Source: an uncultured Acidimicrobiales bacterium (GTDB lineage: Bacteria; Actinomycetota; Acidimicrobiia; Acidimicrobiales; DATKAS01). From it: a stretch of 64,000 nt of DNA. The stretch is taken from NCBI GenBank assembly GCA_963739555.1, contig CAVUAV010000006.1:222760-286759 (forward strand), read 5' to 3'. Of this stretch, positions 49,708 through 61,717 are shown in pieces. Positions within the stretch are counted from its first letter, which is position 1. The number at the start of each line of letters is the position of its first letter. The notes under the pieces were generated by a model. The model was not told the origin of the DNA. It searched no databases and saw only the letters and a list, made by a program, of their open reading frames with translations. The position numbers and the translations under genes are program-made.

Positions 49708-50561
49708 GTGTGACCGAACGCCTGGCGGGCGCCGCTGACCGCCTCACCGAGCTCGAAGTGACAGTCCCCGACGCTGGGCGCGTCCTGCGGCGGAGCCGAC
49801 GGCGACGCGGATCCGTCTACGGCGTTGTAGTCGCCGCTCTCGCGCTCGGCGGAATCGGCGTCGTCGCGACATCCCGCACCGACCACGCAACGGTCGCGAC
49901 GAGCTTCACGCTGACCGCCCTCCCCGACGCACCGATCGGCCTCACGAGAAGCGACGCTTTTTGGCCGGACGTCACACACCGTCCGGACTCTCCCGTCGCG
50001 CTCGGGCGAGCACTCGCCGCTTTCCTCGGATGGGGCGACTCAGCGAAAGTCGAGCTCGTCTGTTCTCCCTATAAGGCGCCCTACAGGGATGCCGACAACA
50101 TCAGTGACGAGGCGCGGCACGCCTGGAGCGTCCCAAAGGATTGTGAGCAACTCGGGGGCGACAACGACGGGAAAACGGTGCAACTGCGCATCTCATCCCC
50201 CGCCACCGGCGCCGAGATGAGTGCTCGCGCCTTTCCCACCGCCGAAGCGACCGAGTCGGGGTGGGCCTTCATCGAAGTCGGGATCCCTCCCCTCGGCACG
50301 GTCCGCGCTGACGGGCCGGAGTCCGCGACCCTGGCAAATTTCTCGTCCCCGCCCGGGACTCAGGAAGTCAGATGGTGGGCCGCAACCCACGACGGCGAAC
50401 TCTCTGGTGCCGGCCTGCGGGAAGCACGTTCCGTATCCAAGCGTCGGCAGAGTCGATCGCGTCCGTCCTCATCGTCTTTGTCGATGCGCGCGGAAACGCG
50501 CTCGGGGCCCAAGGCGGGCCGATCAGAAGGCCGCTGGGGGACACTGCATCGTGGTGGCTGA
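49704..50561 (+). CDS. single-TM protein coupled to the ECF sigma factor (anti-sigma candidate); 3' part frame-disrupted
   Basis: It overlaps the sigma gene by 4 nt. The TM segment is VYGVVVAALALGGIGVVA. Confidence 0.45.
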   Translation: MSVTERLAGAADRLTELEVTVPDAGRVLRRSRRRRGSVYGVVVAALALGGIGVVATSRTDHATVATSFTLTALPDAPIGLTRSDAFWPDVTHRPDSPVALGRALAAFLGWGDSAKVELVCSPYKAPYRDADNISDEARHAWSVPKDCEQLGGDNDGKTVQLRISSPATGAEMSARAFPTAEATESGWAFIEVGIPPLGTVRADGPESATLANFSSPPGTQEVRWWAATHDGELSGAGLREARSVSKRRQSRSRPSSSSLSMRAETRSGPKAGRSEGRWGTLHRGG

Positions 50562-50604
50562 GCGGCACGAGCGCGAGCCTCGACTCTGCGACGGTGACCT
50601 CACC

Positions 50605-51062
50605 ATGCAGTTCGCCTACCGCCGCGCGGTGCTCGCTCCGCTACGCACAGACGACACCTGGCAAATCGGCCCCGATGGAGTCCTCTACACGGTGGAGCGA
50701 ATGTCCGCTTCCGCTTCGGTGGAGCTGTCACGTGGGCCGATACACGGACCTGGACGACACACTGCTCACGGACCGTGTCGTTTGGGTCCTCATCGAGAAG
50801 GACGTGACTCTGGGCTCGAGCCACTCAAGTGGGCGACGTGGTGCACATCGTCGACGCGCACACCGGAGAGGAGCTCCTGACGTTCGACGGTCCAGGCGGA
50901 TGCGACATGCCCGATCGAACTCGGAGCGATGCCCGACCGCTGCGGCAACCCGTGAACCATCTTCGACTCACAAGTAAGCGCGAGCACCGCGAGACGACCA
51001 CCGGGACGAAGGCCGCGAAACGCGCCGGGAGCGCGCGCGTCAGGTGCCGGCTTCCCACGTGA
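50605..51062 (+). pseudogene. degraded small ORF (pieces in three frames)
   Basis: MQFAYRRAVLAPLRTDDTWQIGPDGVLYTVER / YTDLDDTLLTDRVVWVLIEKDV / GDVVHIVDAHTGEELLTFDG. Confidence 0.3.
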
Positions 51063-51170
51063 ACGGGACCCGCCCAGGCCGCTCTCACCCCTCAATGCGT
51101 CATATTCGTGCCATCGCACCCGCGTAGCTCAGATCTCGGCGGCACTGTGAGGCGCCTGACCTGCGGCGAC

Positions 51171-51248
51171 CTGGTCGGGAAGGCGGGATTTGAACCCGCG
51201 GCCTCAGCGTCCCGAACGCTGCGCGCTAACCAAGCTGCGCTACTTCCC
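51171..51248 (-). tRNA. tRNA-Pro (anticodon CGG), CCA encoded
   Basis: The reverse complement CGGGAAGTAGCGCAGCTTGGTTAGCGCGCAGCGTTCGGGACGCTGAGGCCGCGGGTTCAAATCCCGCCTTCCCGACCA folds by hand into a cloverleaf. It has a 7-bp acceptor stem, GCGC D stem, CAGCG/CGCTG anticodon stem, loop TTCGGGA and GCGGG/CCCGC T stem. Confidence 0.9.
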
Positions 51249-51401
51249 GGTAGGCCGGAGAGCGTAGCCGCCCCTGCGAGCGTCTCCATCGGGGTTCCCG
51301 GTCGCAATACCCGCCAGATTTGACGGCTTTCGCGACTCAGAACGGCGGAGGGTGGCGGTCAGTCGAACCGACTCGACCGCCGGCTGCGGCATCGTTGCGA
51401 C

Positions 51402-51683
51402 ATGCAACTCCGCGAGCTCCAGGACGTGATCGCCCGCACCTACCTCGAACGCGACTCCGAGCGCGGGGTCGCGGTCACGATCGCATGGCTTGCAGAAGAG
51501 GTCGGCGAGCTCGCCCGGGCGGTGCGCAAAGGCTCCCGCGAAGAGCAGGTGCTCGAGATGGGTGACGTGCTGGCGTGGCTCGCGTCGCTCGCGAACCAGC
51601 TCGACATCGACTTCGACGAGGCGATCGCTCACTTCGCGAACGGGTGCCCGAAGTGCGGGGCGATCCCCTGCGCGTGCCCGTGA
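51402..51683 (+). CDS. MazG-like nucleotide pyrophosphohydrolase with a Cys-rich tail
   Basis: WLAEEVGELARAV...EMGDVLAWLASLANQLDIDFDEAI, ending CPKCGAIPCACP. Confidence 0.75.
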   Translation: MQLRELQDVIARTYLERDSERGVAVTIAWLAEEVGELARAVRKGSREEQVLEMGDVLAWLASLANQLDIDFDEAIAHFANGCPKCGAIPCACP

Positions 51684-51770
51684 CGTGACTTCTCAAGGTG
51701 GCGCGCTTGGCGCCCCCGGCGGGGGCGGATGCCGCGCCACTTGGATCGGGCGCTCCGCTCGGACCGTGAC

Positions 51771-54050
<2,280 letters not shown>

Positions 54051-54114
54051 GGCGTTGGAAGGTACCAGTGCCGACTGTGGGGCCATCCAGGTAAACCGGT
54101 AGGTTCTCCGGCTC

Positions 54115-54999
54115 GTGGGCACCGCAAAACGTGAACGCCAGAAGGCCGGTCGTCAGGCCCGTCTCGAGGCCCAGGAGGCCGAGCAGTCTGCAGCGAAGCG
54201 CAAGCGGACTGTCATCCGCGGTGCGATCCTGCTCGTCGCGTTCATCGCGGTGGCGTTCGGCATCAGCCGGCTCGTCGGCGGCAACGACAACAACTCGAGC
54301 GTGTCATCCGGCACCACCGTCGCATCTGGCGCCGCCACGACCGGAGCCGGCAGCACCGACACCACGGTGGCGGGTGCGAGCACGACTGCGGCGTCGACGG
54401 CTTCGACCGTCACGACGATCGCAGGGAAGTCCATCACCGGCGACACGCCGTGCCCCCCGACCGACGGCTCGGCCGAGCGCACGACGTCGTTCGCGAAGGC
54501 CCCGCCGATGTGCATCGACCCGGCCAAGAAGTACACGGCCGTGGTCGACACCAACTTCGGCAGCTTCACCATCGAGCTCGACCCCAAGGCTGCGCCCAAG
54601 ACGGTGAACAACTTCGTCGTGCTCTCGCTGTACCACTACTACGACGGCATCACCTGCCACCGCGTCGTTGCGGACTTCGTGATCCAGTGCGGTGACCCGA
54701 AGGGCGACGGCACCGGCGGCCCGGGCTACGAGTTCGAGGACGAGCTCCCCGCGGAGGGTTCGTACAAGCTCGGCTCACTCGCGATGGCGAACTCCGGACC
54801 GAACACGAATGGCAGCCAGTTCTTCGTCATCAGCGGCTCGCAGGGCACGCAGCTGCCGCCGCAGTACTCACTGTTCGGTCAGGTCACCGATGGCCTCGAC
54901 ACCACGATCAACACGATCGCCGCGCTCGCGACGCCCGGCACGGACGGTCCGCCCTCCCAGCCCGTGCAGATCCAGAAGGTCACGATCACCGAATCCTGA
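54115..54999 (+). CDS. membrane-anchored cyclophilin-type peptidyl-prolyl isomerase
   Basis: The N-terminal TM is [14 protein letters not shown]. An S/T/A linker leads to FHRV-like [15 protein letters not shown]...[14 protein letters not shown]. Confidence 0.85.
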   Translation: MGTAKRERQKAGRQARLEAQEAEQSAAKRKRTVIRGAILLVAFIAVAFGISRLVGGNDNNSSVSSGTTVASGAATTGAGSTDTTVAGASTTAASTASTVTTIAGKSITGDTPCPPTDGSAERTTSFAKAPPMCIDPAKKYTAVVDTNFGSFTIELDPKAAPKTVNNFVVLSLYHYYDGITCHRVVADFVIQCGDPKGDGTGGPGYEFEDELPAEGSYKLGSLAMANSGPNTNGSQFFVISGSQGTQLPPQYSLFGQVTDGLDTTINTIAALATPGTDGPPSQPVQIQKVTITES

Positions 55000-55765
55000 T
55001 CCGGCGAGTCGGCGCAGTGCGCCGCCGGGCGCCGAAGTACCGCTTGCCGGCAATCGATGCCGTCGCCGACGGAGCGGCGCGATGCGGCGCCAGGGAGAGG
55101 CAACGGTCGAGGCCGACCTCATGGCCGTCGAGCATGACCTGCACCTTGCCGAGGCCGGCGGCGCGCCAGGTGCCATCGCCACTACGGATCGCCGCGGTCT
55201 GCTCGTCCACCGCGACGATCGGAAACGAGCTGCCCGCGAGCTCGAACGTGCGGCGCGAGCGATCGTGGCTCCACTGGTCGTGGTGGGGGATCACCGCGAT
55301 CTGCTCGAGCAACCCGAGCCCGAGCGTGAACGCGCCGCCGCGGGGGTCGACCATCGGGTCGCAGAGCGCCATCGCGCCTGCGGACGAACCCGCGATCACG
55401 GCGCCGTTTCGCCAGGCCTCGAGCAGGCCCTCCCACACCGGCGTGGCCTTCAGCACCGAGCGGAGGTGCATCGGTGAGCCGCCCGTGATGTAGACGAATC
55501 GGGCGCTACGTGCCTCGGCACTGTTGGCGTCGTCGAGCGCGTCGTGCCGGTTCAACACCATGAGCCCTCTGGATTTGGCGCCGAGCGACTCGAAGTGCGA
55601 TGCGGCGAGCGCCACCGCTCGTTCGGGGTGCTCGTACGCGGCGCCCGTCGGCACGATGAGCACCTCGCTCGCCTGCGCGATCGACAGCAGCTCCGCGTCG
55701 AAGCCGCAGTCGCTGCCGAACTCGCCTCCGCCCACCAATGCCAGCGTGCCGCTCACCGCGGCCAC
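54986..55765 (-). CDS. peptidase S51 (cyanophycinase/dipeptidase E-like)
   Basis: LALVGGGEF...ITGGSP...IAGSSAGAMAL. Confidence 0.7.
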   Translation of the reverse strand: MAAVSGTLALVGGGEFGSDCGFDAELLSIAQASEVLIVPTGAAYEHPERAVALAASHFESLGAKSRGLMVLNRHDALDDANSAEARSARFVYITGGSPMHLRSVLKATPVWEGLLEAWRNGAVIAGSSAGAMALCDPMVDPRGGAFTLGLGLLEQIAVIPHHDQWSHDRSRRTFELAGSSFPIVAVDEQTAAIRSGDGTWRAAGLGKVQVMLDGHEVGLDRCLSLAPHRAAPSATASIAGKRYFGARRRTAPTRRIRIR

Positions 55766-55784
55766 GGTAGTGGGACGCCGGTGC

Positions 55785-56546
55785 TCAGCTGACGAGCGCG
55801 GCTCGCAAGTGCTCGATGTGGTCGCGTTCGACGCCCAAGGTGCCGACGTACTGCTCGACCGTGCCGTGCTCGGCCCGTATGTGGTCGAGCAGGGCGAGGA
55901 TGCTCTCGGGCTCCGCCTCCATCATCGAGCTCGGCGCCTTGCTCATGCGCTCGCGCGCCTCGGGCATGTTCTCGATCGCCCACTCGATCATGCGGGCGAC
56001 GCCCGCGCCGCTGAGCGCGTAGTCCTCCGCGATCACCTCGTCGGGCACGCCGACGAGTGAAAGCACGAGTGCAGCGAGGATGCCGGTGCGGTCCTTGCCC
56101 GCGGCGCAATGGAACACCGCTGGGTATGTGTCGTTCTCGGCGAGCAAGCGCAGAGAACCGCCGAGCGCGCCCTCGCCGGTCACGAGCATCTCGCGGTAGC
56201 GGTCGACGAGGAAGGTCGGCGAGTCGCCCAGCGCCTCCATCTGCTCGGGGCTCCACACGACGTCGAGCACGGGATGGTGGTGGTACTCGACCACGTAGGT
56301 CTCGAGGGGGAAGCGACCGTGTTCCGCGATCTCGTTCGGGGTGCGGAGGTCGATGACGGTGCGCAGCCCGAGGGGCTGGAGGGTGAGGACGTCGGCTTCG
56401 GAGATCCGGTGGATGCCGTCGGCCCGGTACAGGGTCTGCCACCTGGTGGTGCGGCCGTCCTCGGTGGGGTATCCGCCCAGGTCACGGAAGTTGAAGGCGC
56501 GCTCGAGCTCGATGTGGCGAACTGGCTGGGCCGTTGCAGTCGACAT
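55785..56546 (-). CDS. protein-tyrosine/dual-specificity phosphatase
   Basis: The start is at MSTATAQ. FNFRDLGG is followed by the CX5R loop HCAAGKDRTG. Confidence 0.8.
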   Translation of the reverse strand: MSTATAQPVRHIELERAFNFRDLGGYPTEDGRTTRWQTLYRADGIHRISEADVLTLQPLGLRTVIDLRTPNEIAEHGRFPLETYVVEYHHHPVLDVVWSPEQMEALGDSPTFLVDRYREMLVTGEGALGGSLRLLAENDTYPAVFHCAAGKDRTGILAALVLSLVGVPDEVIAEDYALSGAGVARMIEWAIENMPEARERMSKAPSSMMEAEPESILALLDHIRAEHGTVEQYVGTLGVERDHIEHLRAALVS

Positions 56547-56649
56547 GGCTTCGACGGTATCGACGCGACCTGACTTCCCGGTCGACGCGGTGTGAACGCC
56601 CGGTGACGTCGTCTGGAAGCGTGTTCCTACCCGCCGGTAACATCGCGGG

Positions 56650-57505
56650 GTGACCGTGAAGCGGGTTGGGATCGTCGGGTCGGGGATCATGGGCGTGGGC
56701 ATCGCCGAAGTCGCCGCCAAGGCCGGGTTCGAGGTGATCCTGCGGTCGCGCCACGAAGCGAGCGCGGAGGGCATGGTCGCCGCACTCGAGAAGGCGTTGG
56801 CCAAGCAGGTCGAGCGGGGCAAGCTCGAAGAGGCCGAGCGCGCTGCGGTGATCTCGCGGGTGACGGCGACGACCGTGCTCAGCGACCTCTCGGACTGCGA
56901 TCTCGTGATCGAGTCGATCGTCGAGGACCTCGTCGTGAAGAAGCAGCTCTTCCGCGAGCTCGACCATTACTGCCGGGCCGACGCGATCCTCGCGACCAAC
57001 ACGTCGACCCTTCCGGTCGTCGAGATGGCAGTCGAGACCGGTCGTCCCGAGCGCGTGTGCGGCATCCACTTCTTCAACCCTGCGCCGGCGATGAGCCTCG
57101 TCGAGGTCGTGCGCCCGTTGCTTGCGAGCGAAGAGACGATCGCGGCAGCACGCGAGTTCGCCGACGCGTGCGGGAAGGACGCGGTCGTCGTCGAGGATCG
57201 AGCCGGGTTCGTCGTCAACGCGCTGCTGTTTCCCTACCTCAACAACGCAGTGCGCATGCTCGAGGCCGGAACCGCCTCCCGCGAAGACATCGACGCCGCG
57301 ATGAAGGGCGGCTGCAACTTCCCGATGGGCCCGTTCGCTCTGCTCGACCTCGTGGGACTCGACACCTCGGTCGCGATCCTGGATGCGCTCTACGACGAGT
57401 TCCGCGACCCGAACTACGCGCGCCGTGCCGCTGCTGCGCCGCATGGTCAGCGCCGGCCGCCTCGGTCGCAAGTCCGGCTTCGGCTTCTACGACTACCGCA
57501 AGTAA
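56650..57505 (+). CDS. hbd: 3-hydroxybutyryl-CoA dehydrogenase, apparent frameshift near 57418-57430
   Basis: VGIVGSGIMGVGIA...ATNTSTL...HFFNPAP. The natural C-terminus PLLRRMVSAGRLGRKSGFGFYDYRK* is in the +1 frame. Confidence 0.85.
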
Positions 57506-57518
57506 CGCACGAGGGTCG

Positions 57519-58191
57519 GTGGCCGCACGGCCGGTCGAGCCTCCGCCGACCTCATGGCGCTTCCCGCCCGTCGACGCCGCCGATGAGGACGGCCTCGTCG
57601 GCGTGGGCGCCGACCTCGAGCCCGGCACCTTGCTCGCCGCGTACCGCACGGGCCTCTTCCCGATGCCGGCCGGACGCGACGGGCCGATGGGGTGGTGGTC
57701 GCCTGATCCACGCGGCGTCCTGCCGTTGGACGAGCTGCGCGTGTCGCGGTCGCTGCGCCGTTCGACGCATCGGTACGAGGTTCGGGTCGACACGAGGTTC
57801 GAAGCGGTGATGCGCGGCGTGCGGCGATCCCCGCCGTGCCGGAGGCTGGATCACCGAGCCGATGGTCGCGGCGTACGTCCGCATGCACGACCTCGGCTGG
57901 GTTCACAGCGTCGAGACGTGGAGCGCCGACGGGGAGCTGGTCGGTGGCCTCTACGGCATCGCGATCGGTGGTTTCTTCGCCGGCGAGTCGATGTTCAGTC
58001 GCGCGGTCGACGCGTCGAAGGTCGCGCTCGTCGACCTGGTCGAACGGCTGCGTGCTGCGGGCTACCGGCTGCTCGACGTGCAGTGGGCGACGCCGCATTT
58101 GCGCACGCTCGGTGTCATCGAGATCCCACGACCGCGCTACGTGGTCGCGCTCGAAGAGGCGCGTGAGATGGAGGTCGCCGACGCATGGTGA
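57519..58191 (+). CDS. aat: leucyl/phenylalanyl-tRNA-protein transferase, apparent 1-nt insertion near 57818-57820
   Basis: [12 protein letters not shown]...[11 protein letters not shown] joins to [19 protein letters not shown]...[18 protein letters not shown]. Confidence 0.85.
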
Positions 58192-58219
58192 GACGAGACC
58201 AGTGAGCGAGAATGGAGGC

Positions 58220-60190
58220 GTGACCGAGCGCGACCAACCGTGGCTCATGCGGACGTACTCGGGTCATTCCACCGCGACCGCGTCGAACGAGCTCTACCGC
58301 ACAAACCTCGCGAAGGGGCAGACCGGCCTGTCGATCGCATTCGACCTGCCGACCCAGACGGGCTACGACCCCGACTCGCCGATGGCGAAGGGCGAGGTCG
58401 GCAAGGTGGGTGTGCCGGTCGCGCATCTCGGCCACATGCGCACGCTCCTCGCCGGCATCCCGCCCGGGCAGATGAACACGTCGATGACGATCAACGCGAC
58501 AGCCGCGTGGCTCTTTGCGCTCTATGTCGCGAACGCGGAGGAGCAGGGCGTCGCGTCAGCCGACCTCCGAGGCACGACCCAGAACGACATCGTCAAGGAG
58601 TACCTGTCGCGGGGCACCTACATCTTCCCGCCCGAGCCGAGCCGCCGGCTGATCGTCGACATGGTCGCCTGGTCCGCGCATCACGCGCCCAAGTGGAACC
58701 CGATCAACGTCTGCAGCTACCACCTGCAAGAGGCGGGCGCGACACCGGTGCAGGAGATCGCGTACGCGCTCGCCACCGCGATCGGAGTGCTCGACGCCGT
58801 GCAGCAGTCGGGCCAGGTCGAGCCCGATCGGTTCCCCGCGGTGTTCGGCTCGATCTCGTTCTTCGTGAACGCCGGCATCCGCTTCGTCGACGAGATCTGC
58901 AAGCTCCGCGCGATGACCGACCTGTGGGAACGCATCGGCATCGAGCGCTACGGCATCACCGACCCGGCGCTCCGCCGCTTCCGCTACGGGGTGCAGGTCA
59001 ACTCGCTCGGGCTCACCGAGAACCAGCCTGAGAACAACGTGCAGCGCATCATCCTCGAGATGCTCGCGGTCACGCTGTCGAAGCGGGCGCGGGCCCGCTC
59101 GATCCAGCTGCCGGCATGGAACGAGGCGCTCGGCCTTCCTCGCCCATGGGATCAGCAGTGGTCGTTGCGAATGCAACAGGTGCTCGCGTTCGAGACCGAC
59201 CTGCTCGAGCACGACGACATCTTCGACGGCTCGGTCGTCATGGAAGCGCGCACCACTGAGCTCGCCGAGGCAGCGTGGGCCGAGCTCGAAGACGTGCTCT
59301 CGCTCGGTGGGGCGTTCGAGGCGATCGAGGAGATCAAGGGCCGCCTCGTGCGGTCGTTGTCAGAGCGCACCCGCCGCATCGAATCGGGCGAGCAGATCGT
59401 CGTGGGGGTCAACGCGTTCACCGAGCACATGGCCTCGCCGCTCGAAGGTGACGAGGCGATCCTCCGAGTCGATCCGCAAGTCGAGGCCGACATGGTCGCC
59501 GATGTCGAGGCCTGGCGTCAGCGGCGCGACGCGGGTGCGGTCGACGCCGCGCTCCGCGAGCTCGCGGCGGCAGCGACGACTGATGCGAACCTCATGCCAC
59601 CGACGATTGCCTGCGCGAAGGCAGGCGTGACGACCGGCGAGTGGGCGCAGACGCTGCGCGAGGTCTTCGGCGAGTATCGGGCGCCGACGGGCGTCAGTGC
59701 GGCCGTGGGTCATCGCGACGGCGACATGCGTGACCTGTTCACGCGGATCTCGACGATGCCGGGAGGCCCGCCGCGGTTCCTCGTCGCCAAGCCGGGGCTC
59801 GACGGTCACTCGAACGGCGCGGAGCAGATCGCGGTGGCGGCACGCGATGCGGGCATGGAGGTCGTGTACTCCGGCATCCGGCTCACACCCGAGCAGATCG
59901 CCGCGTCTGCCCGCGACGAGGACGTCGACATCGTGGGGCTCTCGATCTTGTCGGGGAGCCACCTCGAGCTCGTGCCGCAGGTCATCGCGCTGCTCCGCGG
60001 CGAGGGCGTCGACGTACCCGTTGTGGTCGGCGGGATCATCCCCGAGGAGGACCGTCCGAGGCTGCTCAGCGCGGGCGTTGCAGCCGTCTACACGCCGAAG
60101 GACTTCGAGATGTCGCGCATCATGAGCGACATCGCAGACATCGTCGAGAAGCGACGAATGGGCCGATCGACCCAGGGGGTGCGTGCTTGA
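58220..60190 (+). CDS. fused B12-dependent acyl-CoA mutase, MeaA/ethylmalonyl-CoA-mutase-like
   Basis: A GTG start follows GGAGG. The sequence reads [48 protein letters not shown]. The C-terminal B12 domain has GLDGHSNG. Confidence 0.8.
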   Translation: MTERDQPWLMRTYSGHSTATASNELYRTNLAKGQTGLSIAFDLPTQTGYDPDSPMAKGEVGKVGVPVAHLGHMRTLLAGIPPGQMNTSMTINATAAWLFALYVANAEEQGVASADLRGTTQNDIVKEYLSRGTYIFPPEPSRRLIVDMVAWSAHHAPKWNPINVCSYHLQEAGATPVQEIAYALATAIGVLDAVQQSGQVEPDRFPAVFGSISFFVNAGIRFVDEICKLRAMTDLWERIGIERYGITDPALRRFRYGVQVNSLGLTENQPENNVQRIILEMLAVTLSKRARARSIQLPAWNEALGLPRPWDQQWSLRMQQVLAFETDLLEHDDIFDGSVVMEARTTELAEAAWAELEDVLSLGGAFEAIEEIKGRLVRSLSERTRRIESGEQIVVGVNAFTEHMASPLEGDEAILRVDPQVEADMVADVEAWRQRRDAGAVDAALRELAAAATTDANLMPPTIACAKAGVTTGEWAQTLREVFGEYRAPTGVSAAVGHRDGDMRDLFTRISTMPGGPPRFLVAKPGLDGHSNGAEQIAVAARDAGMEVVYSGIRLTPEQIAASARDEDVDIVGLSILSGSHLELVPQVIALLRGEGVDVPVVVGGIIPEEDRPRLLSAGVAAVYTPKDFEMSRIMSDIADIVEKRRMGRSTQGVRA

Positions 60191-60220
60191 TTCGAGTCAG
60201 CACGCGCCGATGGACCTCCG

Positions 60221-61087
60221 ATGACTGATCGGCGGGCGGTCCTCGGTCTAGCCCCGGGCGTACTCGGCTTGGGGCTCGGCATTGCCGCGCTTGTGCTCGA
60301 TCTGCCAGCGCTCGGCCTTCTCGCCGGGATCTGTGCGATCGTCGCAGTGTTCGTGGCCCGACAGCCCGCCGCGCCCGAAGTGCACGAGCTCCGCGAGAAC
60401 GAGCCCGAGAACGAGCCCGAACCGGTGCCCGCGCGGCGCCGCACCGACGCCGACGGTGCGACCGAAGCCGCGGTGGAGGTTGCGACCGATGACCTCGAGC
60501 CTCTCGCCGTCGTCGAGCCATCCGAGATCGTCGAGCCCGACCCCGAGGGCGCCGAAGTGGCGCACCTCCCGACTGATGCCACCAGGAAGGTCGAGAAAGT
60601 CATGACGTCCCCCATCACCGACCCGACGGGGCTCTTCAGCGAGGACTACTTCAAGATCGCTGTCGAGACGCGCGTCTCCGCGGCGCGCCGCCATCTTCGC
60701 CCTGTCGCGATCGTGCTGTTCGACGTCGTGCAAGGTGTGCGCTCCGGAGCGCCGACCCGCGTCGCTCCCGAGCCGGTGGTGCAAGCGATCCGCACGACAT
60801 TGCGCGAAGCCGACACGGCGTGCCGTCTCGCGGACGGCCGCTTCGGCTTCGTGCTCGAAGACACGCCCGAAGACGGCGCGATCTGGACCGTCGAGCGCCT
60901 CCGTCGCGCGCTCACCGACGCGAACCAGACCGAACGCGACGCTGTGCAGACGCGCTGGGCGGGCATCGCGTGCTACCCGGCGCATGCGTTCTCGGCATCG
61001 GAGACTCTGGCAAAGGCACAGGCCGCGTTCGAAGCGGCGAAGGACTGGCCGCAGGATCGCATCGAGGTCGCGACCGCGTCTGACTGA
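60221..61087 (+). CDS. membrane-anchored degenerate GGDEF-like domain protein
   Basis: Two N-terminal TM segments are followed by TDPTGLFSEDYF...RLADGRFGFVLEDT, with GRFG in place of GGDEF/GGEEF. Confidence 0.6.
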   Translation: MTDRRAVLGLAPGVLGLGLGIAALVLDLPALGLLAGICAIVAVFVARQPAAPEVHELRENEPENEPEPVPARRRTDADGATEAAVEVATDDLEPLAVVEPSEIVEPDPEGAEVAHLPTDATRKVEKVMTSPITDPTGLFSEDYFKIAVETRVSAARRHLRPVAIVLFDVVQGVRSGAPTRVAPEPVVQAIRTTLREADTACRLADGRFGFVLEDTPEDGAIWTVERLRRALTDANQTERDAVQTRWAGIACYPAHAFSASETLAKAQAAFEAAKDWPQDRIEVATASD

Positions 61088-61117
61088 ACCCTCCGTTCCC
61101 TGCGTCCGTATCCCGAC

Positions 61118-61714
61118 GTGACGCGAACGGAACGGAGGCTTGTGGTGTCCAGACGACTAATCGGCGTCGCGGTGGCGATCGTTGCCGCGCTCGCACTCGC
61201 CGCATGCGGCGACGACTCAGGCAGCTCTTCGGCCACGACGGGCAGCGCGGGCACGACCGCCGCTGCGTCTGCATCCACGACGGCGGGCGGCGCCGCGACG
61301 ACGGCAGCATCGAGCTCCGGGGGAGCGGCGACCACTGCGGCCGCATCGGGCAGTGCAACCGTTTCGGCTGCTGACAACTCGGCGATCGGCCAGACGATCC
61401 TCGTGAACTCGGCCGGGATGACCTTGTACCTCTTCGAGCCTGACGGAACGGCGACGACGAGTGCCGTGCCCGCAGGCATCAAGGCGAACTGGCCGCCGGT
61501 CGTCGCGGACGGCACGCCGGTCGCCGGTACGGGTGTCGACGCGTCGAAGCTCTCGGTCGCGACGCAGCCTGATGGCACGAAGCAGGTTGCATACAACGGC
61601 CACCTGCTCTACACGTTCATCAGCGACGTCGCTTCTGGAGACGCCAAGGGCCAGGACCTCGGCGGCGTGTGGTACGTGGTCACGCCGGCGGGCGACAAGT
61701 ACGAAGCGAGCTGA
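61118..61714 (+). CDS. lipoprotein with COG4315-type repeat
   Basis: The lipobox is LALAACG. The repeat region reads ILVNSAGMTLYLFEPD...QVAYNGHLLYTFISD. Confidence 0.7.
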   Translation: MTRTERRLVVSRRLIGVAVAIVAALALAACGDDSGSSSATTGSAGTTAAASASTTAGGAATTAASSSGGAATTAAASGSATVSAADNSAIGQTILVNSAGMTLYLFEPDGTATTSAVPAGIKANWPPVVADGTPVAGTGVDASKLSVATQPDGTKQVAYNGHLLYTFISDVASGDAKGQDLGGVWYVVTPAGDKYEAS

Positions 61715-61717
61715 TCC

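Larger units (their letters stand above)
46643..51248. mobile_element. two tandem, decayed integrative elements at tRNA-Pro
   Basis: Three direct copies of the tRNA 3' half, an integrase C-terminal remnant, visibly more A/T-ending codons and many broken ORFs. Confidence 0.65.
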
